A DNA stretch of 64,000 nucleotides. Source: an uncultured Nitrososphaerales archaeon. Its GTDB lineage: Archaea > Thermoproteota > Nitrososphaeria > Nitrososphaerales > Nitrososphaeraceae. The first letter of the stretch is position 1. Each line of letters opens with the position of its first letter. This document shows positions 33,687-43,445 of the stretch, piece after piece. A model generated the notes under the pieces. The model saw nothing but the letters and a program-made list of their open reading frames with translations. It was not told the DNA's origin and ran no database searches. The translations under genes and the position numbers were made by a program. Where the stretch lies: positions 1 to 64,000 of the forward strand of contig CAVPXM010000053.1 in NCBI GenBank assembly GCA_963709405.1, written 5' to 3'.

Positions 33687-34787
33687 ATGAAGGTTCTCGA
33701 TATAGCGAAAACAAAAGTCCTCAGTCTTGATCCTGAAGAGACGGTAGGCAAGGCGTTGAGTCTAATGTATGAAAACAAGATTCATCAAATTCCGATTATC
33801 GACACTGACTCCGTATACAGGGGTATGATATTCGCAAAACAATTTCTAACTGTAAATGCTCTACCACACTCTAAAGTCAAGAGTTTTATTAGTAATACTC
33901 CCTCACTTGATGAAAGTGACGACGTTGAAAAATGTGTCCAACTAATGGTCGTCACTGGAAATAGGGCCTTACCACTGCTTGAAAGTGGAAGACTTACAGG
34001 CCTACTCAGTGAGATTGATATTCTTACGATTTCAGATTTTGGACATGCTATCGTAGACGAAGTGATGTCTGGAGCAATTGTGATCGAAGAACAGACAGCT
34101 CTAGGCAATGCATTGTCAAAGATGCGTCGATATAATATATCACGTCTTCCGGTTATCACTCCAAATGGGATTCTTGTTGGTATTATTAATTCGCTAGACA
34201 TAGCTGAGGTCATTTCCACGCCAATAGAAAGGTCTACGAAGTCTAAGGGAATCGGTGGCTTGGTTGCTATCAGAGATCTTAAAGTGAAATCCATCATGAA
34301 ACGCCCGATTTCTGTTGAAAGGGGTACAAGAGTGAATGATGTCGTAGCCCATCTCAAAAATAGTGAAGAGATTGTTGTTGTTGGGGATAAGAGGCCTATT
34401 GGAATCATTACTCCAAAGGATATCTTGGAACTAATTCTTCCTAGGATGAACAAACCTACGGTCCATGTGGCCCATCTAGATGACGAAAATGCCCGATCAG
34501 AAATCGAGATTCAAATGCACAAATTTTTAGATAAAATTCGGGGAAAAATGGGAGATATTCACCTAGTAGTAGTTTACGCTGATAAACACAAGACTCGTAA
34601 GTATTCTATGCGTGCAAGACTAATCACAACTACAGGAGTAATCGATGCAAAATGTGTTGCATTCGATCCTTTAAGCGCATGTAAAGGAATGATAGCCAGA
34701 CTCGATAGGCGGATAAAATCTGAACATAGCCAAAAGGTCAGAAATAGGCAGCACGCTAAATCGGCGAGAGGTTATGAATTAGAATAG
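33687..34787 (+). CDS. 4xCBS-domain protein with C-terminal HPF/RaiA-like domain (candidate ribosome hibernation factor)
   Basis: Four CBS repeats (IHQIPII, RALPLL, ISRLPVI, PIGIITPKD), then about 110 aa with the beta-alpha-beta-beta-beta-alpha pattern of HPF ending in DPLSACKGMIARLDRRIK. Confidence 0.75.
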   Translation: MKVLDIAKTKVLSLDPEETVGKALSLMYENKIHQIPIIDTDSVYRGMIFAKQFLTVNALPHSKVKSFISNTPSLDESDDVEKCVQLMVVTGNRALPLLESGRLTGLLSEIDILTISDFGHAIVDEVMSGAIVIEEQTALGNALSKMRRYNISRLPVITPNGILVGIINSLDIAEVISTPIERSTKSKGIGGLVAIRDLKVKSIMKRPISVERGTRVNDVVAHLKNSEEIVVVGDKRPIGIITPKDILELILPRMNKPTVHVAHLDDENARSEIEIQMHKFLDKIRGKMGDIHLVVVYADKHKTRKYSMRARLITTTGVIDAKCVAFDPLSACKGMIARLDRRIKSEHSQKVRNRQHAKSARGYELE

Positions 34788-34918
34788 CGCAGATGAGGAG
34801 ATTCGAACTCCTGATCGCCTAGAGGCGAATCGGCTAGCTTTTAGCCCCGTAACTCAAGGCCGACGCATTATTATGTTCATGCTGCTCTGAGCACCGAAGA
34901 CCACTCTGCCACATCTGC
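34788..34918 (-). tRNA. tRNA-Ser(UGA) with two introns: D-loop (34871-34898) and 37/38 (34836-34852)
   Basis: After removing both introns: GCAGATGTGGCAGAGTGGTCTAATGCGTCGGCCTTGAGAGCCGATTCGCCTCTAGGCGATCAGGAGTTCGAATCTCCTCATCTGCG, with long variable arm and G73. Confidence 0.9.
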
Positions 34919-35379
34919 ATGATTCATAACGTCGGCTAACTGATTATTATATGTTAACAAATTATTGATCATTTGGTATATCTAGCAAATCAGTAGTCGG
35001 CATATAACAAAGAATAGCTTAATCAAAAAGTATACAAAATAGAAATAGAAGACTGATATTGAAAAATTAGATGCAGGCATTTGACAATCATGTATTCCAC
35101 ATAAGTGGTCGGTGATATATATAGGATTAAGTTCAATATAGGTAAATCAAAAACCCGCCGACAGTAGGAGAAAAAAAGTTTTTGCAATTAATAATTTCAA
35201 TAATATGCCTGATCTGATCTGATCTGGTTTAACATGATCTAGCATTAGATACTTGAAATGTTAGTTCTCTTTATGTGGAACGTATGTTGTTCAAAATAAT
35301 TCTGAACCTTAAAATCTATATACAAAAGAAGTGGAGAATAATACAAACAATTAATAATTGATCCTTTACCAATTATTTA

Positions 35380-35442
35380 TTACTTTTTTGTCTTTTTTTC
35401 TACCTTCTTAGCAGATTTAGCTGCTTTCTTCTTTGCTGCCAT
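35380..35442 (-). CDS. 20-aa Lys/Ala-rich microprotein MAAKKKAAKSAKKVEKKTKK (below the ORF-track cutoff)
   Basis: ATG at 35442, tandem TAA TAA stop, A-rich BRE plus CTTAAATA box about 28-35 nt upstream. Confidence 0.65.
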   Translation of the reverse strand: MAAKKKAAKSAKKVEKKTKK

Positions 35443-35538
35443 ATTCAAAGATATAAAATAAAGAATTCGTATTTAAGTTTTTTATAACACTAACAAATCG
35501 ACGCTTTTCTGAAAGTTTATAATTTGGTTATTCTCGAA

Positions 35539-36207
35539 TCAGTCCTTGGGGAGAATCTTCGTTTCACAAATTTTAACAAGATTACTAAAGGTTACTGCAT
35601 CTTTTTCAGAGCCCACAATTGTTCCATAATGCATAGGTATAACAAGTTTCGTTGGTCTTATAAGTTCGTTTGTTGCTTTTGCCGCCTCTTCTGCAGTCAT
35701 GACATATGTTCCAGATACCGGCACCAAGGCAATATCTGGTCTCATGAATTCCATTTCTGGGATGATATCCGTGTCACCAGCATGATATAGTCGATATTTG
35801 CTTCCTACAATTATAAAGCCCACCTTATTATCTATCTTGGGATGGAAACTCTTGTTGGTATTATATGCGGAAACAACCTCTATTGGCACACCTTGAATTG
35901 TCAACATGTCACCTGGCACGACTCCTTTCAGTTCATTTGGAAGATCAGTTAACTTTTCAATACATTCCTGCGCGGCTAATATACTGGTATTTGCATTTGT
36001 GATTTCATTCAAATCCTCTGGACTCAAATGATCAAAATGTGCATGTGAAATTAGAACTATATCCGCATCATGGGCATTTTTTTTGGATTCACTCAACCGG
36101 TAAGGATCGATATAAACAGTTTTCTCCTCGTTATGATTATTCATTAATATTATTTTGAATCCATCATGGCCAAGCCATGACAGCCGAATGGAATCATATT
36201 CTAACAT
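35539..36207 (-). CDS. MBL-fold metallo-hydrolase
   Basis: WLGHDGF, IDPY, SHAHFDH, YHAGDT, IPMHYG. Confidence 0.92.
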   Translation of the reverse strand: MLEYDSIRLSWLGHDGFKIILMNNHNEEKTVYIDPYRLSESKKNAHDADIVLISHAHFDHLSPEDLNEITNANTSILAAQECIEKLTDLPNELKGVVPGDMLTIQGVPIEVVSAYNTNKSFHPKIDNKVGFIIVGSKYRLYHAGDTDIIPEMEFMRPDIALVPVSGTYVMTAEEAAKATNELIRPTKLVIPMHYGTIVGSEKDAVTFSNLVKICETKILPKD

Positions 36208-36240
36208 ATCATCTCTTGAGATGCTTTTTAATTTAAAGGT

Positions 36241-36630
36241 TTAATATTGGATATCATTAGCTACTATCAAGCGATTTTTGCTTAGTGTAAATACAAGGAT
36301 TTTATATTGAATTAACTTTCTCTTTAGAACGATATCCAACGTTGCAGCCGCACATCTATTGGTCAAAGCATATTCAACTATCGCATCATCTACAAGATGA
36401 GAATGTGTAAATTTAACTATTTCAAATTTGGAAAGAGCAATTTTAACTGCAGTTCTAGCTGCCATGGATCGTTTTGGTCCTGACATCTTCTGTAAGTGCT
36501 TTAATTCATCCAGTACAATATCTGGAACTAAGAAATTCAACTTACCCAATTCGGCCTCAATTGTATCCAATTGTTTTATTGGATTAGAAACGAGGACCAT
36601 AAGAAAACTAGTATCGCAAATGACCTTCAT
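36241..36630 (-). CDS. PIN-domain protein (Fcf1/Utp24-like)
   Basis: KVICDTSFLM, VLDEL, VDDAI, ATLD. Confidence 0.85.
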   Translation of the reverse strand: MKVICDTSFLMVLVSNPIKQLDTIEAELGKLNFLVPDIVLDELKHLQKMSGPKRSMAARTAVKIALSKFEIVKFTHSHLVDDAIVEYALTNRCAAATLDIVLKRKLIQYKILVFTLSKNRLIVANDIQY

Positions 36631-36866
36631 GATTAGTACAATACAATACTAATTAGTGATAGGACATATATTCTATGAAGATAACAAGAAGTAAAATTCA
36701 ACGGTTCATGAATTTCATCTTTGATAGTCATGATACTACTCAGGCAAATCAATAACTGTATGAACGTTACGGACATAGATATAGCACCTTAAACCAACCT
36801 GACTATTATCCATTGCAAAAAATATAAGTTAAAATTGCATTGCAAATAACTTGCCACACAAGCCTA

Positions 36867-37388
36867 TTGTTTAGAGGAGCATTTATTGGTCGGTTTCAAC
36901 CCTTACATCTGGGCCATCTGGCCACTATAAAGTATGCGCTACGTGGTGTACATGAGCTTATAATTGTAATTGGTAGTGCTCAAAAGAGTCATGAATCAAA
37001 AAATCCGTTCACGGCTGGCGAGCGGATCGAGATGATAAGAGATTCATTGCAGGCAGACCGTGAAATTAACATGGATAAAATATTTTTGATCCCTGTCCCT
37101 GATATTGATATACATAGTCTGTGGACTCATCAGGTAGACCTTCTGGTTCCAAGATACAACGTGATTTTTACCAATGATATATTTACAAGACAATTATACA
37201 TCGAGAGGGGGATCACTGTAATAGAACCCGCAATGTACAGGCGAGAAGAATTTTCTGCCACCGAAGTAAGAACTAGGATAGCAAATGGGCAGGAATGGAA
37301 ACAATTAGTCACTCATCAAACTGCCAAAATTATTGAAGAGATAGGAGGAATTGAACGAATACGCCAGCTTTATAATCTTGCCCAATAG
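36867..37388 (+). CDS. nadM: Nicotinamide-nucleotide adenylyltransferase
   Basis: FIGRFQPLHLGH, GSAQKSH, NPFTAGERIEMI, SATEVR. Confidence 0.93.
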   Translation: MFRGAFIGRFQPLHLGHLATIKYALRGVHELIIVIGSAQKSHESKNPFTAGERIEMIRDSLQADREINMDKIFLIPVPDIDIHSLWTHQVDLLVPRYNVIFTNDIFTRQLYIERGITVIEPAMYRREEFSATEVRTRIANGQEWKQLVTHQTAKIIEEIGGIERIRQLYNLAQ

Positions 37389-37617
37389 TGAATATGGCAT
37401 TTTTGAATATCAGATCGTAGGCCACAATCTCATTATCTCAATTAACTGCATATATTTATAAAAATGTATTAATAATGATATATAATTCTGCAAATATTTA
37501 GCCCTTATAGAAATACTTTGCCATAGTCTTAACAATATATTCAATCTGCTTCAGAATTTGTTTGCTCATCAAAGAAAATGTATTTCTATTTGATAAGTCG
37601 ATATACTATGCATACCA

Positions 37618-38034
37618 TTGAAATCGAAACCTGGTCTTTCAAATAGAAAAACTCGAGAACTCGAAAACACGACTCAAACAATTATTCCTAATAGTGATTC
37701 ATGGTTTACCGACTTGCAAAAGCTGTCTAGTGACGAGTTGGTACGCATGTATAACACTATTAAAAGTAGTGATTATGAGTTCGCAAAAGATGCATGGTAT
37801 AACCCGCTGGAAATCGACAAGAGATGTCCTATCATGGTTGCCAAAGGATATAGAACGCCCGATACTCCGGATAAGATGATCGAATTTCAAGATACAGCGA
37901 AGACACTAGAACATGAATTTCGTGGGTTTATAGATGCATGGGACTTTGGCGTTATATCAATACATGACATTGAAACAGCTATATTATACCTCCTTGAATG
38001 TGGAAGCATAGAAATCAGGGAATATTCTGCGTAG
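37618..38034 (+). CDS. Hypothetical protein
   Basis: 138-aa ORF; no family recognised. Confidence 0.55.
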   Translation: MKSKPGLSNRKTRELENTTQTIIPNSDSWFTDLQKLSSDELVRMYNTIKSSDYEFAKDAWYNPLEIDKRCPIMVAKGYRTPDTPDKMIEFQDTAKTLEHEFRGFIDAWDFGVISIHDIETAILYLLECGSIEIREYSA

Positions 38035-38162
38035 ACGAGAACGCTGAGTTATTAGCGAGACTAGGTACAGGGGGCTCTCCCAGTAAGTAAAAATAAACTT
38101 CAAAATCGAGTAGCTCAAAAGTAGGAATCCATATATGGGAGGTTGTGTTATGACCGGAAGAA

Positions 38163-39540
38163 GTGGGATCGGTAGGATACAAAGGAAAAGCTTCTGAACT
38201 ACTCATCAAATATGGTATCAAAATAGGAGAGAGTGTTAATATTCACACTAGCAGTGGAAAATATTCAGGGATCTTGCTTCCTCGTTATGAATTATTCGAT
38301 AACAATCACGTTGTTATAAAACTAAGGAATGGCTACAACATTGGTATAGATCTGACAAAAATTAAATCAATTGATAAAATAGATATTGGACCTCAGGATG
38401 GTATACTTTTTGGCAGAACTACTTTGGATGATATAGATCAACCTACAGAGCGTCATACCCATATTGATGAACCTAGAGGTGAACGTACACTTCCTAAAGT
38501 TGCACTTATCAGTACAGGTGGTACCATAGGCAGCAAGATTGACTACAGGACCGGAGGTGTTACCTCAGTTTTATCTGCGTCTGATCTTTATGTATCAGTC
38601 CCAGAAATTTCTAGATATGCTTCAATCGACACCGAAATGTTACTAAATGAATATAGCGAAAATTTGAGGCCAGAGCATTGGACTCTCATGGCAGATAATA
38701 TCCTAGAAAAGCTTAGATTGGGTACATATGATGGGATCATTTTGTCACACGGAACTGATACCATGCATTACACTGCTGCCTGCTTTAAGTTTCGCACTTC
38801 ATCACATCCCCATACCGGTCATATTAACGGGGGCTCAAAGATCATCTGATAGACCATCTTCTGACGCCGCGCTTAACTTGATAGGAGCGACAAAGTTTGC
38901 TGTGAAATCCAAATTTTCTGGAGTCTTTATTGTGATGCATGCCGACGCCTCTGACAACTTATTAGCTTGCCACCTAGGTACCCGAGTTCGAAAAAACCAT
39001 ACTAGCAGTCGCGATGCATTTGAATCAATTGATATAAGGCCTGTAGCGTTAATCAATGGGGAGAAGGTCGAGATGCAGCAGAACCCCGGACTAGAATTGC
39101 GAAGACGTGGAGAAACAACTCGCTCTCCATATAAAACGTCTTTTGATAAACATGTGATTTTGCTTAAATATTATCCTGGATTTGACCCGAAGCTCATTTT
39201 ATATCTGGTACGAAGCGGTTACAAGGCCATAATCCTCGAAGGAACCGGTCTAGGTCATATAAGCAATGAGTGTTTCGCACAATTAAGACAAGCAATCGAG
39301 TCAGGAGTGATGATATTTATGACCTCTCAATGTATCTGGGGGCGAGTGAATATGAACGTGTATGATACAGGAAGAGACTTGCTCGGGATGGGGGTCATAC
39401 CCTTATCAGATATGACACCAGAAACAGCATTGGTAAAGGCAATGTGGCTACTGGCAAATATCCAAGATAGTACGAACATTAAAAAAATGATGCAAGAAAA
39501 CATGTGTAATGAGATATCTTCTATTAGCCCTATTCAATGA
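38163..39540 (+). CDS. gatD: Glu-tRNA(Gln) amidotransferase subunit D (frameshift near 38780)
   Basis: KLRNGYNIG, STGGTIGSKIDYRTGGV, HGTDTMHYTA, GAQRSSDRPSSD, EGTGLGH. Confidence 0.95.
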
Positions 39541-39579
39541 GATAAGAAATAAAAGACTTGAATAACTTTCAGATTTCAA

Positions 39580-41488
39580 GTGTTAATAGATTCATTAGAA
39601 ATTAACGTGAAGGTGGGTTTGGAAATTCACCAACAACTGGCGACAAGAACTAAGCTCTTCTGTGACTGCCGCTGTGACGAGAATGAAGAATATAGTATGT
39701 TCCTTTCTCGTAGTTTAAGACCTGCTCAGAGTGAGCTAGGAATAATCGATCCCGCTGCATTATTTGAATTTAAAAAGATCCAGTCTGTAAAATACCATGC
39801 TGCTACCAGAACAAGTTGCTTGGTAGAAGCTGACGACGAACCACCACATCATGTAAATGAAGAAGCGTTTGAATCGTCTATAATTTTCTCAATGGCACTC
39901 AATTCTGACATCATCGACGAAATTCACGTAATGCGTAAAATAGTCATAGATGGATCAAATACTAGTGGGTTTCAGCGAACTATGTTAATTGCTACAGGTG
40001 GTTATATCGAGATCAATGGGAAGAGGATTGGCGTTCAAAGTGTATGTCTTGAAGAGGATGCGAGCGAAATTGATATCAGACAACACCAAACTAAGAGAAT
40101 ATGGACTGGATAGATTAGGAATACCATTAGTAGAGATTGCTCTTGAACCCATAACCGGTAACGCCAACGAAGTAATGCAACTTGCATTGAGTTTAGGAAG
40201 ACTAATGCGGGCAAGCAAACGAGTGGCTCGAGGCATCGGAAGCATACGACAAGACGTCAATATCTCTATAGAAAATGGACATGTAGTAGAAATAAAAGGT
40301 GTTCAAAAATTAGAACAATTAGTCAAAGTAATAAAATATGAAGCTATCAGACAACACGGCCTGATAACTATCGCGAATAAACTAAAAAACGAGAGAGGGA
40401 TTACAGAAGTAAGAATTGAAAATAGAATAGCAGACGTTACAGATATCCTAAGAGAATCATCTTCTAAAACAGTCATTGAATCACTTAAGGATCAGAACAC
40501 AGTATATAGAGCTGTTAAAATAGATGGTTTTGCTGGAATGCTCGGATATGAACCACATGACCATGTTAGACTGGGTAAGGAATTGAGTCATATTGTTCGA
40601 TTTTACGGGATTGGTGGAATATTTCACTCCGATGAGCTTCCAGGGTATGGCATATCAAGGGAAGACGTTGATGACATAGAAAAAAAGCTTGGAATAGACT
40701 CCAAGAATGACGCATTCATAATAATTGGTGGGCCACCAGAAAAGGTGTCTCATGCAATAGAATCTGTGATTCAGAGGCTAAAGATTGTACCTGAAGGAGT
40801 TCCTGCGGAAACACGAGCAGCGACACAAAATGGTGAAACCCTGTACATTAGGCCCAGACCTGGTTCAGCTAGAATGTACCCTGAAACTGATGTCGCTCCG
40901 ATCACAGTTGATAGTGCACTTATTGATTCACTACGTCATAAGATTCCACGACCGATAAAAGAATATACAAACGAGCTAATAAACAGATACGGATTAAACG
41001 AAAAACTTGCCGAGGAGATCTTTGATTCACCATATCTAAACCTCTTTGAAAAGATCGTTTCATCGACGAGAATATCACCTACATTTATCGCATCGAAATT
41101 GACAGAGGATATTACAAATCTAGAGAGACAAGGATACGGTAGTTCTATTTTGACTAATGATAGGCTGTTAGAAATCTTTAACGAGCTTGAGCACGGAAGG
41201 ATCGCAAAGGAATCGGTAACCTTACTGTTCCAGAAACTAATGACTCACGAGATCGAAAATCTAGATGAATTCAAGTCTAGAATTAAAACAATTAGTGAGC
41301 AACAGCTAGAGGAGGAAATTAATACTATTTTATATAAACACCTTGATGTTATAAAAGAGAAAGGGATGGATTCTATCGGTATGCTAATGGGCAGGACTAT
41401 GACTGTCCTGAGAGGTAGGTCAGATGGCCAGAAAATTAACGCAATTCTAAGGTGCAAATTAGAACAAATTGTGTCTTCGATGGAGTAG
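39580..41488 (+). CDS. gatE: Glu-tRNA(Gln) amidotransferase subunit E (frameshift near 40063)
   Basis: KVGLEIHQQL, MRKIVIDGSNTSGFQRT, LDRLGIPLVEI, RQDVNISI, FHSDELP, RPGSARMYPETD. Confidence 0.95.
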
Positions 41489-41559
41489 GTAAAAGAACTT
41501 GAAAAACTAGTTGCAGATTATGATGCATAATTGTAATTGTGAGTAGCAGTCATATACTA

Positions 41560-42576
41560 TCAATGACTATTCATATTTTTGTAAGACACATCAAATTTTT
41601 TGGTTATGCTGCCATAGAGATCATATATCTTTCCGCCCGCATAATCGCTTACATAGTTCCACAGATAATGGTTTATTGGTAGGGATTTAAACGCTAGCTT
41701 CTGTCTTTCATCCAACGAATCATATACCATTTTACCTATTACTATCTGATCTGGCTTTGCCAGTCCAGTCATTTTTGTAGTTATATTGATAGTATAACCG
41801 AGGGCATCGAGGTGAGCCTTTTTCATTATTACCTTTCCATTCCTGTTATACGTATCCCATCCATATTGTACAACTACATTTTCACCAATATCTATTCCAA
41901 TCCTAACCTTAAGCTCTGGATAATCATATTGGTTCAGTATGGGGTTTATTCCTTCGCGATTTACCTTGATCATCGAGCATGCACAATTGACAGCATTGAG
42001 ACATGGCAAATACGCATTCGCTTTATAGCTTTCATCCGTATCATAATCAGGGACAACAAAGAATGCCAAAATGGCATCACCTACATATTTTAAAATATAT
42101 CCACCATAGGCTTGAATCAACATTGACATTTCTTGGGTAAACGCCTGAATTATCGTAGCCAACCTGTGTATAGGAAGCATCATAGAGAGCCTAGTTGATT
42201 CAACAAGATCGATATATAAAATTACAAATGTTACTTTGGATCCTTCATAACTTTCTAAAATATTCTGAGTCTCCTCCATAGAAATATTAAACTGAGGTTT
42301 TACTTTTAGGGCCTGCCAGATTCTAGACTGCGCCTGTTTAATGGCTAGGTCCACATTGACTATCGTATCAAGGTACAGTCCACTCAGTAATGGAGCATCT
42401 CTTAGCCTTTTCTTGGAAGTCCTTTTATTCGTCTTGTGGCTATTAGCTTCATTTATTATATTCATGACATTTTCTTGATTCAAATCCATTTGTAATGCTA
42501 TTGTGTCTGGCGATATCCCAGACTTGTGCAAATTAATTATGGTTTCCCTTTGTTCTAGTGATATATTTGATATCAC
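41560..42576 (-). CDS. Class III adenylate cyclase with N-terminal HTH-like segment
   Basis: LYIDLVEST, KYVGDAILAFF, VRIGID, DALGYTIN. Confidence 0.88.
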   Translation of the reverse strand: MISNISLEQRETIINLHKSGISPDTIALQMDLNQENVMNIINEANSHKTNKRTSKKRLRDAPLLSGLYLDTIVNVDLAIKQAQSRIWQALKVKPQFNISMEETQNILESYEGSKVTFVILYIDLVESTRLSMMLPIHRLATIIQAFTQEMSMLIQAYGGYILKYVGDAILAFFVVPDYDTDESYKANAYLPCLNAVNCACSMIKVNREGINPILNQYDYPELKVRIGIDIGENVVVQYGWDTYNRNGKVIMKKAHLDALGYTINITTKMTGLAKPDQIVIGKMVYDSLDERQKLAFKSLPINHYLWNYVSDYAGGKIYDLYGSITKKFDVSYKNMNSH

Positions 42577-43085
42577 CTTGCCATTCGAACTGAATATCTA
42601 TTGTATAACATGTTTTCTATTAAATTGATCCCTTCATATTATTATTGTGATTAAATTAATAAGTAAATTAATGACTAATGCACTCCAACTATATGGCCGA
42701 CCTTCATGTAATTACTGGATGATGGTTAATTTGCGTAGTAGCTGTTCTACCTAAATCAATAGGTTTAGCGTCGTTGATAGGTCAACTGAGCATTCGGATT
42801 TGCGCTCAAAAACCTGAACGCGGTCTCATATTTATCAGGATTAATTATGTCTCATCTATCTAGAATCCACAATCAGATTCGCCGATAAGAACCAATGATA
42901 TCTCAAGGTAGAAATAGGGCTAGAATTACCCTCATCATAGATAAACCGCTACACTGGGTAATGGTCACGTTTTGGATTATGCTTAATAAGTCGCTTTGTA
43001 TAGATAGGACTGGTTAACAGGTCGTTGCTGTTCCATACAAAAACACATATCAGAGCAGTAAACAAATGTCATAGGATAGCTCTTC

Positions 43086-43445
43086 ATGGTTATGCCAGAT
43101 GACGTGACTAAGGCTAAGATCGTCTATATGATTCTGAATGGCAAGACTGAAGAAGCATTACATCAACTTAGCAACTTCTACAATGTTACCCCGCCCGAAG
43201 TAGTCGTAGGTACTATCAAAGGGAAAAGGAGAAGTGTATACGCTGTATATGTTCAAAAAAACATGAAGATTTATACCATAAACTCCGATATATTTTATAA
43301 TCCTTTTGTCATATTACATGAATTTTATCATCACTTGAGGACATTGGGAGGAGAACACAGAGGTGCCGAGAAGTATGCAAACAGGTATGCCATGAGTTTC
43401 ATCTCCTCGTATAATAATCTAGTACGGGATATAAACTTAATATAG
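43086..43445 (+). CDS. Small HExxH (zincin-like) protein
   Basis: VILHEFYHH followed by EKYANRYA. Confidence 0.7.
   Translation: MVMPDDVTKAKIVYMILNGKTEEALHQLSNFYNVTPPEVVVGTIKGKRRSVYAVYVQKNMKIYTINSDIFYNPFVILHEFYHHLRTLGGEHRGAEKYANRYAMSFISSYNNLVRDINLI

Noticed and set aside
33785-34453. 222-aa antisense ORF and other shadow ORFs (for example 9538-9858, 13683-14045, 51124-51519)
   Set aside because: They lie opposite well-supported genes and have no recognisable motifs.
34788-34918. Alternative reading as tRNA-Leu(GAG)
   Set aside because: The stem TCGGC/GCCGA centres TGA in the loop, and the discriminator is G, as expected for Ser.
35211-35225. GATCT x3 microsatellite
   Set aside because: Too short to distinguish from chance or polymerase slippage.
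36241-36630. VapC toxin of a toxin-antitoxin pair
   Set aside because: No adjacent antitoxin; the sequence and closeness to aIF2-gamma fit the housekeeping Fcf1/Utp24-like PIN.
41560-42576. Pycsar or CBASS defence system
   Set aside because: The cyclase has the ATP-specifying Lys/Asp residues and there is no adjacent cNMP-binding TM or TIR effector; the patatin remnant is more than 6 kb away and degraded.
42715-42790. Possible C/D-box sRNA (ATGATGG ... CTGA)
   Set aside because: Imperfect C box, no clear internal C'/D' boxes, and no guide target could be verified by eye.
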